In this document: piece after piece, positions 27,875 through 38,635 of the stretch
Numbering within the stretch: the stretch's first letter is position 1
Layout: each line of letters opens with the position of its first letter
Origin: a virus
IMG/VR virus record: IMGVR_UViG_3300025869_000011
Location: 1-64,000 of that record
Direction: 5' to 3' (one strand)
Length of the DNA: 64,000 nucleotides
Notes under the pieces: generated by a model
Databases searched by the model: none
Seen by the model: only the letters and a program-made list of their open reading frames with translations
What the model was told of the DNA's origin: nothing
Translations under genes and position numbers: made by a program

Positions 27875-29158
27875 ATGAACTCCAGTACAGACCACGAAAA
27901 AATATTTTTTAATTACTTTCTTAAAAAGCCACATTATCTAAAAAGTACTGGCCCAGGCTTCTTTTCTAATAATGATTTAGATCAAATAGCTAAACTATCT
28001 AAAAAGTTTTATACTGATTTTGGTGAAAGCCCTTCAAGAGAACAGATGAAGGCTCTTATTAAAGATGATCCAAATGAAATACCTTCTGATATAGTTTCTT
28101 CTATTTATGATATTAATATTAATGAATATGATCAGGATTGGTTAAAAAGAACTGGTGAGGCATGGGTTAAATGGAAACATTTTGATAAACAATTAGTAAG
28201 AACAATTGAATATGTAAAAACTCAAGATGTATCACCAGAAAATGTTGAGGATGTTGTAACTCGTGCTATTGGCATGATCTCAACAGAAGGATCATTAAAC
28301 TTTGATACTGATATTGGATTAGACTTTTTTAAACCAGAAGATCATGTACAAAGAACATCAAAGAAAATTGAAACAGGTTGGACTTTCGTAGATAATGTAT
28401 CAGGTGGTGGGTATGATACAAAATCTTTAATAGTTTATGCAGGAGAACAAAATATTGGTAAATCTATATGGTTGGCTAATGATGCTGCTAACTTTGTTAG
28501 AATGGGTCATAACGTAGTTTTTATTACTGCTGAAATGTCAGCTCAAAAGGTTTTAAAAAGAATAGGTTCTAATCTGTTACAAATTCCAATGCCACAGTAC
28601 GATGAAAAAACTGGTAATAGAGATTATATGAAAAGACGTTTAGAAAAAATATCTCGAGGTTTATTACCACCAGGTAAACTTTTTGTAAAAGAAATGCCAA
28701 CATCACAAGGTACTGTTTTAGATATAGAAGCATACTTAAAAGATTTAGAAGAAGCACAAGATCATAAAGTAAATGTATTAGTTGTAGATTATATTAATAT
28801 TCTTGCAAATTATAGAAATCCTAATACTGAAAATACTTATATGAAGATTAAACAAATTGCCGAAGATCTTCGAGCATTGGCAGTTAAAAGAGATATGTTA
28901 GTAATTTCAGCCACACAAATTAACCGTGGTGCATGGGATGCTACTGAGGTAAGAATGGAAAACATTGCTGAATCTGCTGGTCTTGCGCATACTGCAGATG
29001 TTATGTATGCTTTAATACAAGATTCAATGATGCATGCAGAACGAGAATACTGGTTAAAGGTATTAAAAATTAGAGATGGTCAAGGTAAAGGTACTCGATG
29101 TAGATTTAATATTGATTATGATCACATGAGATTAACCGAAACTGACGATATAAATTAA
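27875..29158 (+). CDS. Replicative helicase gp41 (DnaB-like)
   Basis: GEQNIGKS, ITAEM, VVDYIN, SATQINR, AESAG. Confidence 0.93.
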   Translation: MNSSTDHEKIFFNYFLKKPHYLKSTGPGFFSNNDLDQIAKLSKKFYTDFGESPSREQMKALIKDDPNEIPSDIVSSIYDININEYDQDWLKRTGEAWVKWKHFDKQLVRTIEYVKTQDVSPENVEDVVTRAIGMISTEGSLNFDTDIGLDFFKPEDHVQRTSKKIETGWTFVDNVSGGGYDTKSLIVYAGEQNIGKSIWLANDAANFVRMGHNVVFITAEMSAQKVLKRIGSNLLQIPMPQYDEKTGNRDYMKRRLEKISRGLLPPGKLFVKEMPTSQGTVLDIEAYLKDLEEAQDHKVNVLVVDYINILANYRNPNTENTYMKIKQIAEDLRALAVKRDMLVISATQINRGAWDATEVRMENIAESAGLAHTADVMYALIQDSMMHAEREYWLKVLKIRDGQGKGTRCRFNIDYDHMRLTETDDIN

Positions 29159-29169
29159 ACTTAAAAGAT

Positions 29170-29667
29170 ATGTGGGGAAAAAAGAAAAAACCTAAATTAG
29201 ATGAAAACGGAAAACCTATTCCACCTAAATTAGCAGACAAAGATAAAATTTTTAATAATTCATACGGTGATCAGGATATTACTGAAAACCGAGTTAACTT
29301 TACTGTTGCTGCAACTTATGGTGATAGTATGGATCCTGATGATAGGATGCACTATGAATTACTAATTAAGAAGATTGATAAAATTATAAAGGGTAGTGAA
29401 TATGAGCATTTAAATGAAGCTACGCCAGAAGGAGTAATTAAGAAATTAAATAAAGTACAAATCAATAGAGTATATTCTCATATCATAGAAAAGATTGGGG
29501 ATGGGTATACAAGAGTTGATTTGTTTAGTGTTATATCAGATTACTTTGATGTATTCCCTAATAAATTTTATAATTCTCTTTCTAATAAATTTAAAGATGA
29601 ACTTATTAAAGAATTGGACGATAAGTATAATATCTTAGAAAAAAGAAAAATCAGAAAATTATTTTAA
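29170..29667 (+). CDS. Hypothetical helical protein ending KIRKLF
   Basis: ORF within the replication operon. Confidence 0.7.
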   Translation: MWGKKKKPKLDENGKPIPPKLADKDKIFNNSYGDQDITENRVNFTVAATYGDSMDPDDRMHYELLIKKIDKIIKGSEYEHLNEATPEGVIKKLNKVQINRVYSHIIEKIGDGYTRVDLFSVISDYFDVFPNKFYNSLSNKFKDELIKELDDKYNILEKRKIRKLF

Positions 29668-29668
29668 T

Positions 29669-30754
29669 ATGGCAAGAGTTTGGATGGTTAGCGATTCACA
29701 TTTAGGCTGTAGATCAAATTCTGTATTATGGCTTAATATTATTGAAGATTACTTTTTTGGGTTTTTTATACCTTTAGTTAAAAAAGAATATAAAGAAGGT
29801 GATGTTCTTTATCATTTAGGTGATGTATTCGATAATCGCCAAAGTGTTAATTTAGCTGCGCAAGATTTAGCAATTAGAGTGTTTGAAGAATTAGGTAAGA
29901 TATTTCCTGATATTCATATTATAGTTGGTAATCATGATATTATGAGAAAGAATTCTAATGATATTGCATCTGTTGATTGTTTAAAGTATTTACCTAATGT
30001 TACTGTTCATAAGGAACCAAGAATTTTAAAGTATAATAATACTAAATGTTTACTTATGCCTTGGAGAAGAGACCATGAACATGAAAAGGAAACTTTAGAT
30101 TCTATAAAGGAAAATATTGATTATATGTTTTGTCATACTGAAACTCGTGGTGTACAAACTTCTCCTAGTACAAAACATTTACATGAAGGGGGTAATGATG
30201 TAGGAATATTTAAAAGATTTAAAAGAGTTTATTCTGGTCATATTCATTATAGACAAGATAAGCAAAATTTTGTTCTTGTAGGTAATCCTTATCAAATGAC
30301 AAGATCTGATAGAGGAAATCAAAAAGGTATTTATGTATTAGATTTAGATACAGGAAAGCATGAATTCTTTATGAATAAAAGAAGTCCTGAATTTATAAGG
30401 TATTATATTAATGATATCTTAGAGATGCGTATGGATGACATAAAGAAGGAAATAAAGGATAATTTTGTAGATGTTTTTATACCATCAAATGTTCTAGGTA
30501 AATATAACATTAATATGTTTATGGATTATTTGGATGGAGTTGCTAGAAAATTAGAACCAAGAATCTATGATGAAGAAAATCCTTATGATAGAGAAGATGG
30601 AGAAATGTCTGATTTTAATGGAGAACTTAATTTAATGAACATTGCAGCTGAATACATTAATTCATTAGAATATGAAGAAGATCTAAAAGAAAGATTAAAG
30701 GTATCAGTACAAGATTTATATAAAAGAACATTATCACCGAATCATGAAGATTAA
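29669..30754 (+). CDS. gp47 Mre11/SbcD-like nuclease
   Basis: SDSHLG, LGDVFD, GNHD, SGHIH. Confidence 0.93.
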   Translation: MARVWMVSDSHLGCRSNSVLWLNIIEDYFFGFFIPLVKKEYKEGDVLYHLGDVFDNRQSVNLAAQDLAIRVFEELGKIFPDIHIIVGNHDIMRKNSNDIASVDCLKYLPNVTVHKEPRILKYNNTKCLLMPWRRDHEHEKETLDSIKENIDYMFCHTETRGVQTSPSTKHLHEGGNDVGIFKRFKRVYSGHIHYRQDKQNFVLVGNPYQMTRSDRGNQKGIYVLDLDTGKHEFFMNKRSPEFIRYYINDILEMRMDDIKKEIKDNFVDVFIPSNVLGKYNINMFMDYLDGVARKLEPRIYDEENPYDREDGEMSDFNGELNLMNIAAEYINSLEYEEDLKERLKVSVQDLYKRTLSPNHED

Positions 30755-32414
30755 AAAAGTAGAATTTAAAAACTTTGCAAGTTACGGAAACCGAATGCAG
30801 GTAATAGAATTTGATAAAGATAAAAGTGATCTTTATTTAGTTCTTGGTGGAAATGGTGCAGGTAAAAGTACTCTTGCAAAAGTTATAACCTATTTATGTT
30901 ACGGTAAAGTCGAAGGGTCAACCTTAAAAGATTTACCTAATAGAGTAAATGGTGCTCTTTGGGGTAAGATACATTTAGAATCTAAAAACAACACCGTTGA
31001 AATAGAACGAGGAATTAATCCTGGTATTTTTAATGTAAAAATAAATGGATCTGAATATGATGTTGCAGGTAAAGTAAATTTACAAGATTTTTTAGAAACT
31101 GAAATTTATGAAATACCTTACCATGTATTTAAGAATGTAATTATTTTGTCTGTAAATGATTTTAAGTCTTTTATTACAATGTCTCCTTATGATAAGAAAA
31201 GAATCATTGATAAAATATTTGGATTTTCTATTATCAATGAAATGGCTGAAGCCGTTAAAGAAAAGAGGAGAACTATTATTGAGGAGATCCGAACATATGA
31301 TGATGAAATAAGAACCCTTAATGAATCAATAGAATCTGTAATCGATAAGATAAAGCATTTTGAAAAGGTTAGTAAAAACAAAGATGCTGAAAAGATTAAA
31401 ATTCTTAAAGAAAAATTATTACAGTTAAATGAAAACAGGAAAAAGTTAAAAGAACTTACATCTGCTACAAAAGTTAACTTAGAAAAATTAGATGAAAATT
31501 CAAGAAAGCAGAACAATAAAAAATCAACATTAAATTCTAAGATTAATACTGTTAAGAAAGAACTTAAGCTATATGAAAATAATTCATGCCCTACCTGCAC
31601 AGCCCCTCTTAATTCTGATTTTCATTTAGATATTAAAAAAGAAAAAGAAGATTCTTTAGATTTATTATTTACTGAATGGAATCAAATAAAGGAAGACGCT
31701 GAAAGAGCAGAAACTGAATTAATTGATCTTAGACAAAAAGGTAGAAAAATACATGTTAAGGTTGGTCAATTAGAAACTCAAATGGAAGCCATTAAAGATA
31801 AGTTAATCGAAATGGCTGATAAGGATGAGTCTGAATCAGGATCACATCTCAAACAACTAGTAAAAGATTTTAAAAATCGAAAAGATGATAAATCTACAGG
31901 TAAGTTAAAAAGTGAAGGGGAAGATTATTATTTAACTATCTTAGAAAATATTATGGGTGAAAATGGAATTAAGAACTTAGCAGTAAGATCTATACTTCCT
32001 TCATTTAATAACCACATTCAATTAATGGGGAGAGAAATGGGAATACCGTTTGGTATTAGATTTAACGAAAAGTTTTACTGTTCTCTTCATCATCTAGGAA
32101 CAGAGATTAGCCCTAAGACGCTAAGCACAGGTGAAAAGAAAAAGGTTGATTTTGTAATTATTATGGCATTAATAAAAATGATTAAGGTTAGGTTTCCTTC
32201 ATTAAACATTCTTTTTCTGGATGAAATCTTCTCTTCTATTGACTCTGATGGCGTACACCATATAATTAACATACTTCATAATACAATACAAGATATAGGC
32301 CTCAATACCTTTGTTATCAACCATACAGTTTTACCAAGCGAATATTTCGATAAAAAGATTGAAATAACTAAAGATGGTGGCTTTAGTGAATTTAACATTG
32401 AATCTATTGGATAA
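30744..32414 (+). CDS. gp46 Rad50/SbcC-like ATPase
   Basis: GGNGAGKS, CPTC zinc hook, LSTGE, FLDE. Confidence 0.94.
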   Translation: MKIKKVEFKNFASYGNRMQVIEFDKDKSDLYLVLGGNGAGKSTLAKVITYLCYGKVEGSTLKDLPNRVNGALWGKIHLESKNNTVEIERGINPGIFNVKINGSEYDVAGKVNLQDFLETEIYEIPYHVFKNVIILSVNDFKSFITMSPYDKKRIIDKIFGFSIINEMAEAVKEKRRTIIEEIRTYDDEIRTLNESIESVIDKIKHFEKVSKNKDAEKIKILKEKLLQLNENRKKLKELTSATKVNLEKLDENSRKQNNKKSTLNSKINTVKKELKLYENNSCPTCTAPLNSDFHLDIKKEKEDSLDLLFTEWNQIKEDAERAETELIDLRQKGRKIHVKVGQLETQMEAIKDKLIEMADKDESESGSHLKQLVKDFKNRKDDKSTGKLKSEGEDYYLTILENIMGENGIKNLAVRSILPSFNNHIQLMGREMGIPFGIRFNEKFYCSLHHLGTEISPKTLSTGEKKKVDFVIIMALIKMIKVRFPSLNILFLDEIFSSIDSDGVHHIINILHNTIQDIGLNTFVINHTVLPSEYFDKKIEITKDGGFSEFNIESIG

Positions 32415-32439
32415 ATAGAATATAAACAAAGTCTAATAG

Positions 32440-33396
32440 ATGTCAGCATATAATCAGGAATTTAATAAAGATAATACTATACTTAGGTACTTAGTAGTAG
32501 GTATGTTAGCCGAATTAAGCAAAAAAGTATATTATTATAATCAAGTAGATGAAGATACTTTAAAAAAGATTGAGGTACCTTTCTTTTATTCTATATCTGG
32601 TAATGAAAGATTTCTTTTAGATAACTTTATGTTTGATGCCGAAAAGGCAGGTAAAGCAATTGGAGATTATGAAGTAGTTCCTAGAGGTATACTTCAAATG
32701 AATTCTATGGCTATTGACTCTAGTGCACAAACCAATAAATTTACAAGAGCGGAATTTGTAAGAGAATGGAATGGTGTATTAAAGACATTTTCTCTAATGA
32801 CTAATTTCTTACCTGTTACTATGGGCTTCAGTGTAACTTTAATATGTTCTAATAATTTGGAAATGTTAAAGGTTACAGAGTCTATTATGAACAAATTATA
32901 TAGGGCCACTACATTTCAGGTAGATTTAGGAATGTTTAGAGTTAATGCAAGTATGGGAGTCCCTGATGACTATTCACAGGAGAGATCATTTGAATGGGGA
33001 TTAAATGATAAAAAGGAATTCCAAGTTACTTTTGATATGGAGTTAAAATCATTTATGCCAGTATTTGAAAGTGGAATACTATTATCAGAAATAGACTTTA
33101 TTACTAGACAAGCCTTAATTACAAATCCTGATGCTATTGGAGTTGGTCAGTTAAGATGCGATAGTAATGGTAATGCTGGTATTTATTTCGGTGGTGTGTT
33201 TCAAAAGTTTGAATTTAGCGATGATAATATTTTAGTAGCACCTTTTGAAAACCTATTAAGTAATCAGGGTTATAATAATACCACAAGCAAACAAGTAGGT
33301 GGGCCTTATGATAGAAGAGAAATAGATTCATCTAAAAAACCAACCGAATCATCAGAGAGTAGGCAATATCGAAATGCAGATGATGATGAAGGATAA
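32440..33396 (+). CDS. gp15-like tail terminator/sheath stabilizer
   Basis: I.VPF.Y...ERFL, VPR, P....F...I pattern of gp15. Confidence 0.6.
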   Translation: MSAYNQEFNKDNTILRYLVVGMLAELSKKVYYYNQVDEDTLKKIEVPFFYSISGNERFLLDNFMFDAEKAGKAIGDYEVVPRGILQMNSMAIDSSAQTNKFTRAEFVREWNGVLKTFSLMTNFLPVTMGFSVTLICSNNLEMLKVTESIMNKLYRATTFQVDLGMFRVNASMGVPDDYSQERSFEWGLNDKKEFQVTFDMELKSFMPVFESGILLSEIDFITRQALITNPDAIGVGQLRCDSNGNAGIYFGGVFQKFEFSDDNILVAPFENLLSNQGYNNTTSKQVGGPYDRREIDSSKKPTESSESRQYRNADDDEG

Positions 33397-33443
33397 TTAA
33401 CTCTAAGATCCTAGAATATATAAAACAAATCAAATTCTATAAT

Positions 33444-35408
33444 ATGGAAAAAGTTATTAAAGAAGGCCAAACTCAGGTTTACATGGATGGTGGAATTGAC
33501 CGCCAATATGGAGTTAATACTGACGCACCTTACCTTAACGCCCCTAATCAACAATTATTAGATATAGTTGGTGTATTATTTGCACAGAGCGGTAAAACAA
33601 AATTAGACGGTAAAAACGGAAAGGTGGTTAATGAAGGACCTATGACAGACTCACAGGTACTTTCTATTTTAGTCGGAATGGGAATTCCCCAACAATTAGG
33701 TATGAGTGCTATAAATGCCTTTAAAGGAAACAACATAACAGAAAATAATAAACAAAAAAATCATAACGAAATGAAATTTACAATTGCTGAACTGCACGAA
33801 AATGTTATGAAGAGCATTGATGCACTAAAAGAAATGAATTCGGATAATTCCAGAACTTCTTATACTGCTAAGAATGCCCTTGACATTTTAGAAGAATCTC
33901 TAAAGGCATTCCCGATGAGATTTAAGAACGAAGAAACCAAAGTAATTAGCGAAGAAATAGAAAACAGTGTTAATCCTATGCTTAAGTTTAACATTGCTAA
34001 AAATCTTCATAGAAACTTAGCTTCTTCTGATTGGTTAAATCCAATTAACGAATTAAGATCTTATATCACAGGAGCTTATAACGATGCTAAATGGTCTTTC
34101 AGAATATCTGAAGCTGTTTCTAGAACACAATCACAAAAAGGTAAAATGTATGAAAGTTTAGTAACTGACTTAGAAGGTTTACTAACAGAATCATCTGATA
34201 CTATTAAATCTAAGTTTTCTGCAATTGCTGCAAAGAACCCATGGTCAATGGATTGTAAAGCTATTCTAAATGAAATGAAGGCAGATGATAACAAAGCTAC
34301 TGCAAATGGAGGTGGAACAATTTCTACTATCCTTTCACCGGTTTTAGAATCTGAAAATGGATTAACATTCCACTTACATGGAAAAAACTATAACTTTAAT
34401 GGAAAGACAATTACTGAAACTGAAGTTAAAGATTCAAGATTCTTTGATGTATTGGAAGGTCTAGGAATGTTTAAAAACATGAACGGTACTTTGGTTACTT
34501 TCGGAGAAGGTAATAATAAAACGTTAGAATACAATTTATCTGAAGGTACATTAAAATTAGGAAATACTGATTTATCAAATGTAAGCATCATTGAATTAAA
34601 AGAATCTTTAATGGCTCTTAATTTCTTTGGTTACAGAAATCAATGGAAAATTGATAATGTATGTAAGTTTTTTGAATCTATTGATCTTCTTGCCGAAATG
34701 GATAATTTTACAAACATTACCTCAACTGAGTTTACTAATCTATTTTTAACTATGATAGGGGTTCAGGAAGGTATCTATGTAAATAAAGTTAATTCAGGAA
34801 TGCATGTTAATGAAATGGTATTTGTACCTTCTGCAACTGAGGCTGTAAAATTAGTAAAAGAATTTATTAATTATGATGCTACTCCAATTCTTTCAGAAAG
34901 ATTAATTGCTGAAAATGATGAAGCTGCTAAAATTGAAAAATCACGATCTGACATTTCAGATAAAATATCATTCTTAGAAGAAAAGAAAGCAAAAGTAAAA
35001 GATGCTATTGATAAGCTTGGTGAAACTGAAGAACTCACAGAAGCAATGAATTTACTAGAAGAAGAAATTTCTAAATTTGAAAAATCATTACAAGAAACTT
35101 ATGACAGAGTTGTATTAGGTGGAAATAAAGGTGATAAATCTAAAACTCATGACGGTGAAGATTTTGAAGATGATGATGAAAAGGATGAATCAGTAACAGA
35201 AAAAAAAAGTCGTAACGATTATTTAAACGACGGTTTTGTAGAAGCTGAAATTAACAAGAACGGTAATGGTCTTAAAAAAGGTATGGAAGTTATGGTAAGT
35301 GCTGAAGATTATACTTCATTAGGCGATAAAGATCAATTAGAATGTATTGATCCTAAAACTGGAAAAACTACTATCTGTCCAAAAAGCCAACTCAACGTTA
35401 AGATTTAA
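33444..35408 (+). CDS. Large virion/prohead-associated protein of unknown function
   Basis: Late-type promoter at 33414; many [ILV]-x-E sites; coiled coil. Confidence 0.6.
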   Translation: MEKVIKEGQTQVYMDGGIDRQYGVNTDAPYLNAPNQQLLDIVGVLFAQSGKTKLDGKNGKVVNEGPMTDSQVLSILVGMGIPQQLGMSAINAFKGNNITENNKQKNHNEMKFTIAELHENVMKSIDALKEMNSDNSRTSYTAKNALDILEESLKAFPMRFKNEETKVISEEIENSVNPMLKFNIAKNLHRNLASSDWLNPINELRSYITGAYNDAKWSFRISEAVSRTQSQKGKMYESLVTDLEGLLTESSDTIKSKFSAIAAKNPWSMDCKAILNEMKADDNKATANGGGTISTILSPVLESENGLTFHLHGKNYNFNGKTITETEVKDSRFFDVLEGLGMFKNMNGTLVTFGEGNNKTLEYNLSEGTLKLGNTDLSNVSIIELKESLMALNFFGYRNQWKIDNVCKFFESIDLLAEMDNFTNITSTEFTNLFLTMIGVQEGIYVNKVNSGMHVNEMVFVPSATEAVKLVKEFINYDATPILSERLIAENDEAAKIEKSRSDISDKISFLEEKKAKVKDAIDKLGETEELTEAMNLLEEEISKFEKSLQETYDRVVLGGNKGDKSKTHDGEDFEDDDEKDESVTEKKSRNDYLNDGFVEAEINKNGNGLKKGMEVMVSAEDYTSLGDKDQLECIDPKTGKTTICPKSQLNVKI

Positions 35409-35425
35409 TAACACCCACTATATAG

Positions 35426-35462
35426 AAAAGCCGGTAGTAATAATAAACTATCGGCTTTTTTT
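35426..35462 (+). terminator. Intrinsic terminator overlapping the middle promoter of gp55
   Basis: aaaagccggtagt...actatcggcttttttt. Confidence 0.8.
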
Positions 35463-35491
35463 GTATATAATAATAAATAAAACATTTATAA

Positions 35492-35857
35492 ATGGCAAGA
35501 AAAAGAAATTATCTAAATAATAGAGATCTTTTAGAACAAATAATATTATCCAAAGAACAAGATGAGCTCACCCCAAAGGCATTAGAATTTTTAATGTTAT
35601 TAGCAGACAAATGTTCTAGGAAATTATCATACGCAAATCCAGACGATAGACAAGACTGTATAGCATCTGCTTATATGGACTTATTTAAATATTGGAGAAA
35701 CTTTAATCCAGAAAAATCAACTAATGCCTTCGCTTATTTTACTGAAATATGTAAAAGAGGATTTGCAAAAGGTTGGAATAAATTACATCCTAGGAAATAC
35801 GCTGGTACTGTATCAATTAATGGTAGCGCTGATAGCGACGGTATTTATACAATATAA
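35492..35857 (+). CDS. gp55-like late sigma factor
   Basis: YLNN.DL, NFNPEKSTNAFAYFTEI. Confidence 0.85.
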   Translation: MARKRNYLNNRDLLEQIILSKEQDELTPKALEFLMLLADKCSRKLSYANPDDRQDCIASAYMDLFKYWRNFNPEKSTNAFAYFTEICKRGFAKGWNKLHPRKYAGTVSINGSADSDGIYTI

Positions 35858-35864
35858 ATTTTAA

Positions 35865-36344
35865 ATGAGCATTAAAAAGGTAAAACCTACTTCTAAGTCA
35901 GGATTTAAACAAGGTTATTATAATCCTGTTAATCCACAAAAGTATATAGGAGAACATCCTATCATATACAGAAGTAGCTGGGAAAGAAAGTTTTGCCATT
36001 GGTGTGATCATAATGATGAAGTATTAAAATGGGCATCTGAACCATTCTCAGTAAAATACTTTAATATGTTAGATAAAAAGTTTCATAATTATTACCCAGA
36101 CTTTTATATGAAGATGAATAAAGGCGAAGGTATAATTGAAGAATTTGTAGTAGAGATAAAACCTAAGGCACAATTACAAAAACCAAAGGCCCCAAAAAGA
36201 AAAACACCAAAGGCACTAAAGAATTTTAAACATGGATATGAAACTTATGTTAGGAACCTTTGTAAAACTGAAGCATTAAATAAAATGGCTAAATTAAGAA
36301 ATTTTAAAGTTATGCTATTAACCGAAGACTCAAAATTGTTTTAA
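35865..36344 (+). CDS. gp4-like head completion nuclease
   Basis: YRSSWERKF..WCD, WASE, YYPDF, EIKP. Confidence 0.88.
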   Translation: MSIKKVKPTSKSGFKQGYYNPVNPQKYIGEHPIIYRSSWERKFCHWCDHNDEVLKWASEPFSVKYFNMLDKKFHNYYPDFYMKMNKGEGIIEEFVVEIKPKAQLQKPKAPKRKTPKALKNFKHGYETYVRNLCKTEALNKMAKLRNFKVMLLTEDSKLF

Positions 36345-36919
36345 TGGCTATAGTAGGATCATTTCAAATAGATTTAGATATTTATCTTAAAGAAAATAAA
36401 GGTAGATCAGGGGCATCTAAGCAATCGGATTCTTCATTATCTACGATTGGTGATAAAGCTAGAGGTGATCTTGAAAATGGTAAGATGTATTCTTTTGAAT
36501 ATTTTACACCTGAAGAAACTTTTTATGATACCTATCCTATAGTATTAGGTTTAGGTAAAAGTATAGATAATCATCAGCTAGGATTAAATCTTCACTATAT
36601 TCCATATGAAGCAAGAATACCTTTTTTATCTGATGTATATAGATCATTTAAAGATACTATACTAAGAGAGACAAACACCGCACCTGGAAATCCTAATAGA
36701 CAATCTAGGTTAAATGAATTTACATATGATAATTTAAAACAATCATTAGGTAGAAAATACAATATAACATATGCCATTAGGCAATATAGAATAGATAGAA
36801 TAAGAAAACCCAGAGTGATGAGTTATGCTGATTGGTACATAGGTGCTGTAAATAACGAAAATCATTTCTTTGGTGGAAATATTAATGATGCACAAGCATT
36901 ATATTATAAGAATATATAA
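36344..36919 (+). CDS. gp2-like DNA end protector
   Basis: GKMY.F.Y, YD.YP.V, GLNLHYIP...R. Confidence 0.78.
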   Translation: MAIVGSFQIDLDIYLKENKGRSGASKQSDSSLSTIGDKARGDLENGKMYSFEYFTPEETFYDTYPIVLGLGKSIDNHQLGLNLHYIPYEARIPFLSDVYRSFKDTILRETNTAPGNPNRQSRLNEFTYDNLKQSLGRKYNITYAIRQYRIDRIRKPRVMSYADWYIGAVNNENHFFGGNINDAQALYYKNI

Positions 36920-36939
36920 ACAATAAAAGATAAAACAAT

Positions 36940-38589
36940 ATGGCAGGTTTTACTGATAGAAGAGGACCCTTAAGTACAGGTAATCCAGTAAGGAAGATTT
37001 TAAAGGATCTTTCTAATTTAGGCATGGCTTACGATGATATGATCATTCGTAATTCTCGTGCTGTAGGTTTTACAGAAAACCAAATGGGTTATACGTTTAA
37101 TCCAATGGGATCTGATTCCGATGATATGTATAGCGCCTTTGCTGCATTATCATTAACTGATACTACCATGAAAAAGAATATCTCTATCTTTGATAGGGAT
37201 TATGAAAGAAAAAGAGATCAGCTTAGAGAATATGCAGTACAAGATGAAATAGAAGATATCTTAGATGTAATTACTGATGAAGCGATTGTATTTGATGAAT
37301 CTAATTATATGGCTTATGCAGATTTTAATGGTCATATAGCATCATCAATAGAAGATGAAATTGGAGATGTGTATAATAACTTATATAATTATTTTGGATT
37401 TAATGATTCTATTTCTCCGTGGAATTATTTTAGAAAATGGTTAGTAGATGGGTTTTTGGCATTTGAAATAGTTTATAATGATAAGCAAACTGAAATTATT
37501 GGATTTAAAGAATTGGATCCTATTTCATTAATGCCTGGTCTTGATACAGATACAGGTAAAAAACAATGGGTGCAATATCAAGGCCAAGGTGCAAAAGAGA
37601 GAAAGCTATGGGATTCTCAAATTATTTACTTATCATATTCTTCAATTAATTCTCCTATGAGAATATCTTATGTGGAGCGATTAATAAGATCGTTTAATCT
37701 TTTAAGAATTATGGAAACAACCAGAATCATCTGGGCTGTTTCTAATGCTTCATTTAAAACTCAATTTATTATACCTGTAGGTGGTAAATCTAAAACCAGA
37801 GCAAAGCAGTCTCTGGCGCAATTAATGAATTCATATAGAGAAGTTGTTGATTTTAATCAAGAGAGCGGTGAAATTGTAACCAACGGAAAATCAATGATGC
37901 CTTTCAATAAGGAATATTGGTTACCATCAAAAGACGGTGAATCCCCAGAGATTAGTACAATCGGTGGAGATGGACCAGATCTTGGTGATACAGAATCTCT
38001 TAAGTATTTTGCTGATAGACTAAAAATGGCTTCTAAGATTCCTTTTTCGCGATTTGATAAAGAAGGCGGTAATACTTATGATATGGATGCTAGTGGAATG
38101 TTAAGAGATGAAATTAAATTTTCTAAATTTATTGACCGTCTTAGATCTATATTCCAAGAAGTACTTGTAAAACCGATGTATCTTCAAATGTGTCTTAATC
38201 ACCCTGAATTAAAAAATGATGTTTCATTTAAATCTGGTTTAGGACTTAAATTTGTTAAAGATAATGTGTTTGAGGAAATGAAAGAAATGGAGTTACAAAC
38301 AAAAAGAGTAGACTTCATTGGAAATCTTAAAACACAGTTAAGTACAATGACTGCAGAAATGGAGGAAATTCCATACTTCGATTTAGGATTCCTTGTTAAG
38401 AGGTACGGTGGCTTTACACGAGAAGATTTAAAAGCTAATCAGAGGGCTAAGGAAAGAACCGATTTAGAAAAGGAGGGGTATAAGGAAGAAGATATTGAAA
38501 AGATCCTTTTAGGTGCTGATAAGGCAGATTTTGAACCGGAAAAGAATAGTAATGGAATTGATGATGATCCATTAGCAGACCTAGGATAA
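36940..38589 (+). CDS. Portal protein gp20
   Basis: FRKWLVDG, ELDP, SYVER, EYWLP, SKIPFSRF, RDEIKFSKFI.RLR. Confidence 0.93.
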   Translation: MAGFTDRRGPLSTGNPVRKILKDLSNLGMAYDDMIIRNSRAVGFTENQMGYTFNPMGSDSDDMYSAFAALSLTDTTMKKNISIFDRDYERKRDQLREYAVQDEIEDILDVITDEAIVFDESNYMAYADFNGHIASSIEDEIGDVYNNLYNYFGFNDSISPWNYFRKWLVDGFLAFEIVYNDKQTEIIGFKELDPISLMPGLDTDTGKKQWVQYQGQGAKERKLWDSQIIYLSYSSINSPMRISYVERLIRSFNLLRIMETTRIIWAVSNASFKTQFIIPVGGKSKTRAKQSLAQLMNSYREVVDFNQESGEIVTNGKSMMPFNKEYWLPSKDGESPEISTIGGDGPDLGDTESLKYFADRLKMASKIPFSRFDKEGGNTYDMDASGMLRDEIKFSKFIDRLRSIFQEVLVKPMYLQMCLNHPELKNDVSFKSGLGLKFVKDNVFEEMKEMELQTKRVDFIGNLKTQLSTMTAEMEEIPYFDLGFLVKRYGGFTREDLKANQRAKERTDLEKEGYKEEDIEKILLGADKADFEPEKNSNGIDDDPLADLG

Positions 38590-38635
38590 AAAGTTTGCAA
38601 ACATTGTAATATATAAATCAAATAACTAATAGAAA

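Noticed and set aside
35865-36344. TnsA transposase / mobile element
   Set aside because: The same fold is T4 gp4, and its position beside gp2 and the portal fits head completion
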